The position numbers and the translations under genes were made by a program. Source: an uncultured Candidatus Saccharibacteria bacterium (GTDB taxonomy: Bacteria; Patescibacteriota; Minisyncoccia; Minisyncoccales; Staskawiczbacteraceae). Taken from it: a stretch of 37,764 nucleotides of DNA. This document shows, one piece after another, positions 25,458 to 32,372 of the stretch; the first letter of the stretch is position 1; the number at the start of each line of letters is the position of its first letter. The notes beneath the pieces are model-generated. The model did not search any database. It saw only the letters and a program-made list of their open reading frames with translations, and was not told the DNA's origin. The stretch is taken from contig CAYOIH010000003.1 of the NCBI GenBank assembly GCA_964404005.1, positions 1-37,764 of the forward strand. Direction: 5' to 3'.

Positions 25458-25658
25458 ATGACAATTACACAAAAAATAAGTATATTTTTTAAAGAAGTTT
25501 GGGTTGAAATGAGAAGGGTAAGCTGGCTTTCCCAGAAAGATATTTTAAAGTACACGCTTATTGTGCTCGGATTTACAATCGTCGCCGCAATATTTTTAGG
25601 AGGGCTAGATTATATATTTACTGAAATAATTAAAAAGCTCGTACTTCGGAGTATTTAA
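25458..25658 (+). CDS. secE: Preprotein translocase subunit SecE
   Basis: FFKEVWVEMRRVSW, single TM, LD; precedes nusG. Confidence 0.92.
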   Translation: MTITQKISIFFKEVWVEMRRVSWLSQKDILKYTLIVLGFTIVAAIFLGGLDYIFTEIIKKLVLRSI

Positions 25659-25669
25659 TTTAAAAAACC

Positions 25670-26218
25670 ATGCCAAAACAAGTTATAGAACAAGAAAAAA
25701 ACTGGTACGTAATTCACACTTATTCCGGGTATGAAGATGCTGTCGCAAAAAACCTTAAACAAAGGATTGAGAGTTTAAGCATGGAAGACAAAATTTTTGA
25801 TGTGATAGTTCCAAAAGAAAAAAAGATAAAAATTAAAAACGGGAAAAGAAAAACAGTTGAGGAAAAAATTTATCCGGGATATGTTTTGGTGCAGATGGTG
25901 GTTACAGATGAGTCTTGGTATGTAGTTAGGAATACGCCAAGAGTAACAGGATTTTTAGGGGCAGGTACCACGCCGATTCCGGTTTCTGCCGCTGATATGG
26001 CTGATTTGATGAAAAGAATGGAAATGGGCGAACCGGAATTTACAATTGATTTTGAAGTGGGAGCTTCGGTTAAAATTGTTGACGGCCCGTTCAAGGGCTT
26101 CGAAGGAAAAGTGTCCGAGATCGATAAAGAAAGAGGAAAAATTAAAGTTTTGGTAAACATGTTTGGCAGAGATACTCCGGTAGAATTAGATTCATTACAA
26201 ATTAAAAAAGTTGAATAA
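25670..26218 (+). CDS. nusG: Transcription termination/antitermination factor NusG
   Basis: WYVIHTYSGYE, YPGYVLV, KOW domain, MFGRDTPVEL. Confidence 0.97.
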   Translation: MPKQVIEQEKNWYVIHTYSGYEDAVAKNLKQRIESLSMEDKIFDVIVPKEKKIKIKNGKRKTVEEKIYPGYVLVQMVVTDESWYVVRNTPRVTGFLGAGTTPIPVSAADMADLMKRMEMGEPEFTIDFEVGASVKIVDGPFKGFEGKVSEIDKERGKIKVLVNMFGRDTPVELDSLQIKKVE

Positions 26219-26229
26219 AATAACATAAT

Positions 26230-26655
26230 ATGGCAAAAGAATTAAAAGCAGTCGTAAAAATACAAATTCCAGCCGGTAAAGCAACGCCAGCGCCCCCAAT
26301 AGGGCCTGCGTTAGCTCAGCACGGGTTAAATATCGCAGAGTTCTGCCAAAAGTTTAATGCGGCAACCCAGGCAATGGTGGGATTTACAATTCCGGCCGAG
26401 GTTACAATTTATAAGGACAGGTCTTATACTTTTAAACTAAAAACTCCTCTCGCGGCCGAACTTATCAGAAAAGTAATTGGAATTGAGAAAGGAAGTGGCG
26501 TCCCAAATAAAACCAAAGTCGGCAAGATAACAAAAGCCCAATTAAAGGAAATCGCCATAAAAAAAATGCCGGATTTGAACACAACAGACATTGAACAAGC
26601 GATAAAAATTATCGCGGGCACAGCAAAAAATATGGGGATAGAAGTCGTGAATTAG
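26230..26655 (+). CDS. rplK: 50S ribosomal protein uL11
   Basis: [34 protein letters not shown]. Confidence 0.98.
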   Translation: MAKELKAVVKIQIPAGKATPAPPIGPALAQHGLNIAEFCQKFNAATQAMVGFTIPAEVTIYKDRSYTFKLKTPLAAELIRKVIGIEKGSGVPNKTKVGKITKAQLKEIAIKKMPDLNTTDIEQAIKIIAGTAKNMGIEVVN

Positions 26656-26675
26656 CAGTCCTGAAATAACAATTT

Positions 26676-26707
26676 AAAACACAGCTATTGCATAGCTGTG
26701 TTTTTTT
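26676..26707 (+). terminator. Intrinsic terminator after rplK
   Basis: CACAGCTAT-TGC-ATAGCTGTG-T7. Confidence 0.9.
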
Positions 26708-26779
26708 GTTGCAAAACTTAACAACATATTTTTGTTGTAAAAGGTCGAAAAAATTAAAAATCATTGTCCTCGTAAAATT

Positions 26780-27025
26780 GTGATTTCCACAATTAAAAAG
26801 TTTGCGGTAGGAACTGCCGCAACCGTAGCAGGTTTATTCGGCTTAGCCGCTTCAACCTTTGCGGCAGGCGAGATAGTTGTCTTGCCTGAAACGGCAGTCG
26901 CGGATCTGACCGGCAACGCCAGCCAGATCATGTCGGATCTCTGGATATTGGTTGCGTTAGCAATCGGTATCCCGATGGGATTCTACATTCTCCGCAAGGT
27001 TATCGCTTTAATTCCTAAACACTAA
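26780..27025 (+). CDS. Filamentous-phage major coat (pVIII)-like procoat protein
   Basis: 28-aa signal peptide ending STFA|AGE, 53-aa mature part: acidic N-terminus, amphipathic helix, one TM, basic C-terminus RKVIALIPKH. Confidence 0.7.
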   Translation: MISTIKKFAVGTAATVAGLFGLAASTFAAGEIVVLPETAVADLTGNASQIMSDLWILVALAIGIPMGFYILRKVIALIPKH

Positions 27026-27083
27026 AAGCGAACGGGGTTGGGCTCGTAGAGAGGCGGGCCCAACCTTCGGGACTTAAACAGAT

Positions 27084-27239
27084 ATGTTTATCAATTGGAC
27101 TCAGGCTATGACAGATGCGGTGCTTGCCAGCGCTACTGGTTTGATCACTGATTTGACGCCCCTGCTTACAATAATCATCGGCATCGGAATAGGGTTGATT
27201 GTCTTTTACGCCATAATCTCTGCGATAAGAGGACACTAA
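27084..27239 (+). CDS. Second coat-like protein, 51 aa, no signal peptide (not in ORF track)
   Basis: MFINWTQAMTDAVLASATGLITDLTPLLTIIIGIGIGLIVFYAIISAIRGH; ungapped similarity to the upstream coat-like protein. Confidence 0.7.
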   Translation: MFINWTQAMTDAVLASATGLITDLTPLLTIIIGIGIGLIVFYAIISAIRGH

Positions 27240-27245
27240 AAGTTA

Positions 27246-27548
27246 ATGGATGACATACTGCACATTGCCTTTGATTGCTTTAACGTAGCCCGATATATCA
27301 TTTCCAATATCGGATCTTTGTTTGGATACTTGTTTGCTCCGCTAACAGGGCTCTTTAATTTTGCAAAGGGTTTTTTTGACGGCATGGCAAGCACTCCGCC
27401 GTCAACGTCTGTCAGTTGGGTTTTTCCGGAAAATGTAATGGCGGTATTCAATGCGATTCCGTATTTCTCGGTTATTGAGTATGCCTGCGGAGTAGGCATC
27501 GCAATTTTAGTTTTAATTTTCATATTCCGCCGTCTGGTGGATTTTTAG
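27246..27548 (+). CDS. Hydrophobic minor-coat (pVI)-like protein
   Basis: 100 aa, amphipathic N-half, C-terminal TM followed by RR; position within the coat cluster. Confidence 0.55.
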   Translation: MDDILHIAFDCFNVARYIISNIGSLFGYLFAPLTGLFNFAKGFFDGMASTPPSTSVSWVFPENVMAVFNAIPYFSVIEYACGVGIAILVLIFIFRRLVDF

Positions 27549-27549
27549 C

Positions 27550-28740
27550 ATGCAAAAACTCAAACAAAAATACATTATATTTCTAATCGTGAGTTTGTTT
27601 TTGTTTTGCCGCGCATTGCAGGCGTCAGCCGAGGCAGTGCAGACATACAACGCCACAATAAACCTGGACGGCACTGGGGCTGATGTAAAATTTGATTGCA
27701 TTTACGGGCAGAACTCAGAGTCTTGGGCCTTAATCTATACCAATGGATACACCTATATCTACATTGAGGGCGGAGCAGGAAGCGGAGCTGTATGCCAAAA
27801 CGGGTATGTTGATTTAAACTTTGGGAATTTTCCTTACTATACTTCGCACCATCTTGGAGGACTCAACGGCGACATAGGCAACTACTACATTTTCTATAAC
27901 ACAAACTCAAGCTTTCCTTATCACTGCACTTATCCGTATCAATCCAGCTGGGGATTGGACGGCTGTATGGCAGGAATGTATCAATATGCAATTTTCAGCC
28001 AGACAGCAACTCCGCCAGCCGCACATTGGACTACAACACCAGCTCCGCCCACAAGCCCGACGTTGATTATTGATACTCCGGCCAGCGGCACAACTATTAC
28101 AGATAGTTCAACAACGTTGTCCGGCAGTTATGCCGCTTTGCACATAGGCACGTTTGGCTACGGGTATTTGCGCATTAGATTCAAAAATACAAATAATGGA
28201 ATTTATTCTTATCCGTACACCATACCTCTGTCAAATTATGAAGGCATTTTTTCAACACCTTTGTCCAACTTTGGCATTACAGAAAACGGAGAGTGGGAAT
28301 TGATAGCAGACCAAGAATTGGACGCAAACACTTTTGTTGAATTGACGCCGGACCCTGCATACACATTGAATTTCGATGTCAGCGGCAACTCAATACCTTA
28401 CACATTCATTAACTGGAACGATTGGTATACAGAAAACGCCGCAGGCGGGTATACTTATCCGTCTGATTTTGCATACTCCATTGAGGGATTTTTCCGGCCT
28501 ATATTCACCAATGCTTATGAGTTCGCAAATCAAACATTGAGATATTTTAATGCCGAAACTTCATACAGCAAGGGAAACCAGATCGGATTAATGTTTCCGA
28601 CAACCCAGGCATACATCAACAAAATTAACATCTTTTTTGGAGGATTTCCTTTAATCCAGTTTTTTGAGTTTGTGATAGTTGTAATGCTTGGCGTCTTTAT
28701 TGTGCGAACGATATTCAAATTCATTCCATTTTTCGGTTAG
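27550..28740 (+). CDS. Adsorption protein (pIII)-like: signal peptide, Cys/Tyr-rich domain, Pro/Thr linker, Ig-like domain, C-terminal membrane anchor
   Basis: ALQASA|EA cleavage-like site, TATPPAAHWTTTPAPPTSP linker, C-terminal TM ending RTIFKFIPFFG. Confidence 0.6.
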   Translation: MQKLKQKYIIFLIVSLFLFCRALQASAEAVQTYNATINLDGTGADVKFDCIYGQNSESWALIYTNGYTYIYIEGGAGSGAVCQNGYVDLNFGNFPYYTSHHLGGLNGDIGNYYIFYNTNSSFPYHCTYPYQSSWGLDGCMAGMYQYAIFSQTATPPAAHWTTTPAPPTSPTLIIDTPASGTTITDSSTTLSGSYAALHIGTFGYGYLRIRFKNTNNGIYSYPYTIPLSNYEGIFSTPLSNFGITENGEWELIADQELDANTFVELTPDPAYTLNFDVSGNSIPYTFINWNDWYTENAAGGYTYPSDFAYSIEGFFRPIFTNAYEFANQTLRYFNAETSYSKGNQIGLMFPTTQAYINKINIFFGGFPLIQFFEFVIVVMLGVFIVRTIFKFIPFFG

Positions 28741-28904
28741 TTGCCGGCGCGGCTTTGCTGATATGTCCCACGAGGACGCAAAAACAGCATTTAAGCCCGC
28801 CGACAATTGTCCGAAAAAAACAATCTGACGAGTGGCGAGTGAAGATAGAAATTACGCCGCAAATCGAACATCGTTTGAAAGATAAATTGATAATTGCGAT
28901 GTAA

Positions 28905-29169
28905 AAGAAAACCCGCCCTTTGTGGTAATTTCAGACGGGTTTCTCTTTGTGGGATTATCTCACAGGGATAAAGTTTTATCAAGCCATTTAACTGGGCTCT
29001 CTGCGGCTCCAAATAGCAGAGCGGAAGTGCAAGGGACATAAATCGATGCACATTTGTGTCCCGTGAACTTCCTCTCATGCAATGGTCTTTCGGCCTACCT
29101 CTCGAAAAACAGAGGCGGGCTGAAAGACCTTTGCTCCTACAACGGAAATGCTGTATTTATACGGCGGAG
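28905..29169 (+). other. Hairpin-dense non-coding region (ssDNA origin/packaging signal or structured RNA)
   Basis: Seven consecutive stem-loops, with G-T wobbles on the + strand in four of them. Confidence 0.65.
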
Positions 29170-29217
29170 AAATTAAAAATTAAGAATAGTAACAAAATCC
29201 GGCAAAAAATTAAAAAT

Positions 29218-29382
29218 ATGACAAACAAAAACAAGCCACGAGTTTATTGGGACGAGAACGAACAGCGCTACTACATCACATTTTTTGAGGACACAAAATC
29301 CGACGAGATAATATCTGCCTGGGAAAGGTTTAAAGGTCGCAAATCAAGACAAAAAAAAGAACATGATAAAAGTACCAATTAA
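29218..29382 (+). CDS. Small hypothetical protein (54 aa)
   Basis: A-rich leader then MTNKNKPRVYWDENEQRYYITFFED...; start 29218 preferred over 29056. Confidence 0.55.
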   Translation: MTNKNKPRVYWDENEQRYYITFFEDTKSDEIISAWERFKGRKSRQKKEHDKSTN

Positions 29383-29578
29383 AACAAAAGATGACGCTAT
29401 GAAATTATTTAATTTATTTAAGAAAAAAGAATTAGAGGGTTTAGACAAAGCTCTGGGCATGGGGCTGATTACAGAAGAAGAAAAATTGAGAATTGCGGCA
29501 ACCCGGGCGGCCGAAACGCTGGACAAGTTTTTAGAGAAAAAAGGTCGACCAAAACATCAAATTACGAGAAAATTGTGA
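29363..29578 (+). CDS. Small charged helical protein (71 aa)
   Basis: ORF overlapping the previous gene; GLITEEE resembles short oligomerisation (SHOCT-like) helices; C-terminal KKGRPK. Confidence 0.55.
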   Translation: MIKVPIKTKDDAMKLFNLFKKKELEGLDKALGMGLITEEEKLRIAATRAAETLDKFLEKKGRPKHQITRKL

Positions 29579-29592
29579 TTTCTCCTTGACTT

Positions 29593-29760
29593 ATGAAAAC
29601 CTTTCGCGCACCCTTTGACAGACGATTGAAAAATGGCAAGCGTGGGTTCAAAATGGGGCAGTCCAATGAAAGGAAGTACTTTGTTCACTACGCAAAAGGA
29701 AAATACACGATAATTGACCTCTCATTAAAAAAACGAGGACACTCTCAAAAATTCAAATGA
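29593..29760 (+). CDS. Highly basic 55-aa protein, candidate nucleic-acid binder (not in ORF track)
   Basis: MKTFRAPFDRRLKNGKRGFKMGQSNERKYFVHYAKGKYTIIDLSLKKRGHSQKFK; ATGA overlap with next ORF. Confidence 0.55.
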   Translation: MKTFRAPFDRRLKNGKRGFKMGQSNERKYFVHYAKGKYTIIDLSLKKRGHSQKFK

Positions 29761-29846
29761 CATTAGATTTTATTTTAGGCATTTTTTATGGGATAGCGTT
29801 CATGGTGATTGTTTGGATTTTTTTAAGCAGTAGACCACAAATATGA
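29757..29846 (+). CDS. 29-aa single-TM microprotein (pVII/pIX-like; not in ORF track)
   Basis: MTLDFILGIFYGIAFMVIVWIFLSSRPQI; ATGA overlaps at both ends. Confidence 0.6.
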   Translation: MTLDFILGIFYGIAFMVIVWIFLSSRPQI

Positions 29847-30112
29847 ATTGCACACTTTCACAGCCGGTAAATTATTTAGGCAATCCGCCGGGCAAAAACG
29901 ACCCGTTTGCTTTTACGCAGATGAATTGCGACGGTTCAATAGGCGAGGGCTCAACAATAGAGCAAATAGAGGGCACGGGGACATTTTGGATTTCCAAACA
30001 GCTTGATTACGGGCAGGTCTTAATTTTAACCTTTCTTTTAATTTTCTTTGTCGGGTTTGTTGTAAAATTCCTTTGGAATTTCAACAAGCAAGACAGCGAC
30101 CAAAAACTATGA
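29843..30112 (+). CDS. 89-aa protein with two Cys and a C-terminal TM (minor-coat-like)
   Basis: YGQVLILTFLLIFFVGFVVKFLW TM; ATGA overlaps at both ends. Confidence 0.65.
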   Translation: MNCTLSQPVNYLGNPPGKNDPFAFTQMNCDGSIGEGSTIEQIEGTGTFWISKQLDYGQVLILTFLLIFFVGFVVKFLWNFNKQDSDQKL

Positions 30113-30267
30113 CATTTCTTAATTCCAGCATAAGCGAATTCTTGGGTATGATTTTTCTTTACCCGTTCGTTTTCTACATGATATTTATACTATTTACCGG
30201 CATTGAGTCGGCGTTGATTTTCTGGTTCCGCAGAAAAGATTACCCCTCAAGGCCATCAGATCTATGA
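30109..30267 (+). CDS. 52-aa single-TM microprotein
   Basis: MTFLNSSISEFLGMIFLYPFVFYMIFILFTGIESALIFWFRRK...; start at ATGA overlap. Confidence 0.6.
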   Translation: MTFLNSSISEFLGMIFLYPFVFYMIFILFTGIESALIFWFRRKDYPSRPSDL

Positions 30268-30407
30268 TAGAAACAAACGAAATTTTAACAAACGCTTTCT
30301 TTGCTTTTTTCTATTGCCTGGGATGGGTGGTTGATTACATTTGGGCGGGGGGCCTGGCGGTGGCGATCGTTTTAACTCTCACAAGATTAATAGCAAAAAA
30401 AGATTAA
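30264..30407 (+). CDS. 47-aa hydrophobic microprotein (not in ORF track)
   Basis: MIETNEILTNAFFAFFYCLGWVVDYIWAGGLAVAIVLTLTRLIAKKD; ATGA overlap; stops 4 nt before the MTase start. Confidence 0.6.
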   Translation: MIETNEILTNAFFAFFYCLGWVVDYIWAGGLAVAIVLTLTRLIAKKD

Positions 30408-30411
30408 ATTT

Positions 30412-31833
30412 ATGGCAAAATCAATTAAAAAATTAACCTGGCACACAGAAAAAAGGAAAGTGAAAGACCTCGTGCCTTTTGAGGGCAATCCCCGGATAAT
30501 GACTGACAAACAGTTAGAGGACCTCAAAAAGAGCGTCGCTAAATTTGATTTAGTAGAGATTCCGGCAACAGACACAAACAACAAAATTATTGCTGGACAC
30601 CAGCGGTTGAAAATTATGCAGTTGTTGGGCAGAGGCGACGAGGAGATTGATGTAAGGGTACCAAACCGGAAACTCAGCGAAGCCGAGTTTAAGGAATACA
30701 ATCTCCGTAGCAACAAAAACACCGGGGAGTGGAACTTCGATGAGCTGGCCAATTTTGACGAAGCTTTATTAAAAGAATTTGGTTTTGACGAAAATGAATT
30801 AGACAACATCTTCGGATTGGAAAAAGCAGATGACTTTGACTTGCAAAAGGAAACCGAAAAAGCAATACAGAAACCTCACGGAGTAAAACTTGGAGATCTC
30901 TGGCAACTCGGCGAACATAGATTGATGGTGGGCAACGCAACAGATCCGAAAGCATGGAAAAAGTTGATGGGTAATGAGCGATTTGATTTTATGTTTACAG
31001 ATCCGCCGTACAGATTAGCTTATTGCAAAAAACGAGTCAGAAAAGTAAAAACCAAAGACGGCTGGAAAATAAAAGCCGAGAGGGAATATGAAAGCGTCGG
31101 CGAAACAGATGCGATGGGAAAGGGCTTCGGTTACAAGGGTAATCGAAAATACGAAGGCGTTATTCAAGCCGGTGGCGTTCCAGAATTTGACGAATGGCTT
31201 TCAATAGCTAACCAGTTTAAGAATGAAAAAGGTTCAAACGTTATGGTGTTCGAGAATTGGAGAAACACCCCCGATCTTTGGGGAGCCATAGAAAAGTATT
31301 GGGCAATTCAAAACATGGTAATCTGGCACACGCCAAATCGGACTCAAGGATTTTCAGCAAAGTATAAATTTTTTAACAGATTTGATGTGGCTCCGGTTGC
31401 CGGCGACGGAGTGAATAACGAATTGGACGAAGACGAGTTCAGAAAATATCTGGAGGACAAAGGTCAAAAATTATTAGACACTTACGAAATATCGCTTTAC
31501 GCCAAACAAGGTAAGCCGGATTGGAATAAGGACAAAGGCACAAAATTTTGGGTGATGGGCGACCATGTAACACACGCAACGGATTCAGCTTCTCAATCCG
31601 GCCAGAATTTAATTTTCGGCACAAAGCCAATTCCAATATTAGTTCCGTACATAAAAATACTTAGTCCGAGGAACGGCATTGTGATGGAACCTTTCGGCGG
31701 ATCGGGATCAACAATAATTGCATCGGAAATTATGAAAAGGAAATGCAGAGCGATTGAATTGTCGCCTTTATACGCAGAAGTGATATTAGCGAGGTTTGAG
31801 GGGTTTACCGGTATAAAGGCCAAAAAAGCGTAA
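30412..31833 (+). CDS. ParB/Srx-like domain fused to beta-class N4/N6 DNA methyltransferase
   Basis: LVPFEGNPR, IIAGHQRL; GDLWQLGEHRLMVG; FTDPPY precedes TKP and EPFGGSGST. Confidence 0.9.
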   Translation: MAKSIKKLTWHTEKRKVKDLVPFEGNPRIMTDKQLEDLKKSVAKFDLVEIPATDTNNKIIAGHQRLKIMQLLGRGDEEIDVRVPNRKLSEAEFKEYNLRSNKNTGEWNFDELANFDEALLKEFGFDENELDNIFGLEKADDFDLQKETEKAIQKPHGVKLGDLWQLGEHRLMVGNATDPKAWKKLMGNERFDFMFTDPPYRLAYCKKRVRKVKTKDGWKIKAEREYESVGETDAMGKGFGYKGNRKYEGVIQAGGVPEFDEWLSIANQFKNEKGSNVMVFENWRNTPDLWGAIEKYWAIQNMVIWHTPNRTQGFSAKYKFFNRFDVAPVAGDGVNNELDEDEFRKYLEDKGQKLLDTYEISLYAKQGKPDWNKDKGTKFWVMGDHVTHATDSASQSGQNLIFGTKPIPILVPYIKILSPRNGIVMEPFGGSGSTIIASEIMKRKCRAIELSPLYAEVILARFEGFTGIKAKKA

Positions 31834-31900
31834 AATATGGGGATTTTGAGCAACCACAAGGGCACCCAACAAGAGTTTGGGGGCTGAATAGGGTAAATAT

Positions 31901-32293
31901 ATGGGTCAAGAGCAAATAACAAAAACACCTGATATATCAGGTAATAACAGGGAAAAAAGGGACGATAATGGCAGGTTTAGACCGGGGTTGAGCGGAAATC
32001 CAACCGGAAGGCCAACCGGCTGCGTTTCAATTACGGCAGAAATCAAAAAGAAACTTCAAGAAGTTCCTGATGGCCAGCAAAAATCATATTTGGAGTTGTT
32101 GATCAATAGAATTTTAAAACAGGCGGTCGTTGATGGAAACGAACAAATGATAAAACAGATTTGGAGTTACATAGATGGCACGCCCAGGCCAGCAGAAAAT
32201 CCGGATCCAGTCGCACCGATTGTGCATATCAATCTTTTGAATAAAAACGATACGAAAGTTAGAGAAGATAGTAGCGAGAAAATTTTAGCTTAA
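31901..32293 (+). CDS. DUF5681-like / terminase small subunit-like protein
   Basis: RDDNGRFRPGLSGNPTGRP motif, AVVDGN..IKQIWSYIDGTP; follows a phage-type MTase. Confidence 0.7.
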   Translation: MGQEQITKTPDISGNNREKRDDNGRFRPGLSGNPTGRPTGCVSITAEIKKKLQEVPDGQQKSYLELLINRILKQAVVDGNEQMIKQIWSYIDGTPRPAENPDPVAPIVHINLLNKNDTKVREDSSEKILA

Positions 32294-32372
32294 TTTTTCA
32301 ACACCTGATTCAATAGGGTGTTTTTTTCGGCTGTTGCATTTTTTTCGAAAAAACGTCAAAATAAAATAAAAA

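Noticed and set aside
26780-27239. Type IV pilin or VirB2/TrbC pilin interpretation of the coat-like genes
   Set aside because: No G|FxxxE class III signal and only one TM in the mature part; the charge pattern fits an inovirus coat better
27550-28100. Tyr/Asn-rich head as a diversity-generating retroelement target
   Set aside because: No reverse transcriptase and no template-repeat copy visible in the window
28791-29217. ORF 28791..29078 (-) and the N-terminal extension of 29056..29382
   Set aside because: They run through the hairpin array, have no recognisable motifs, and ATG 29218 has the typical A-rich leader
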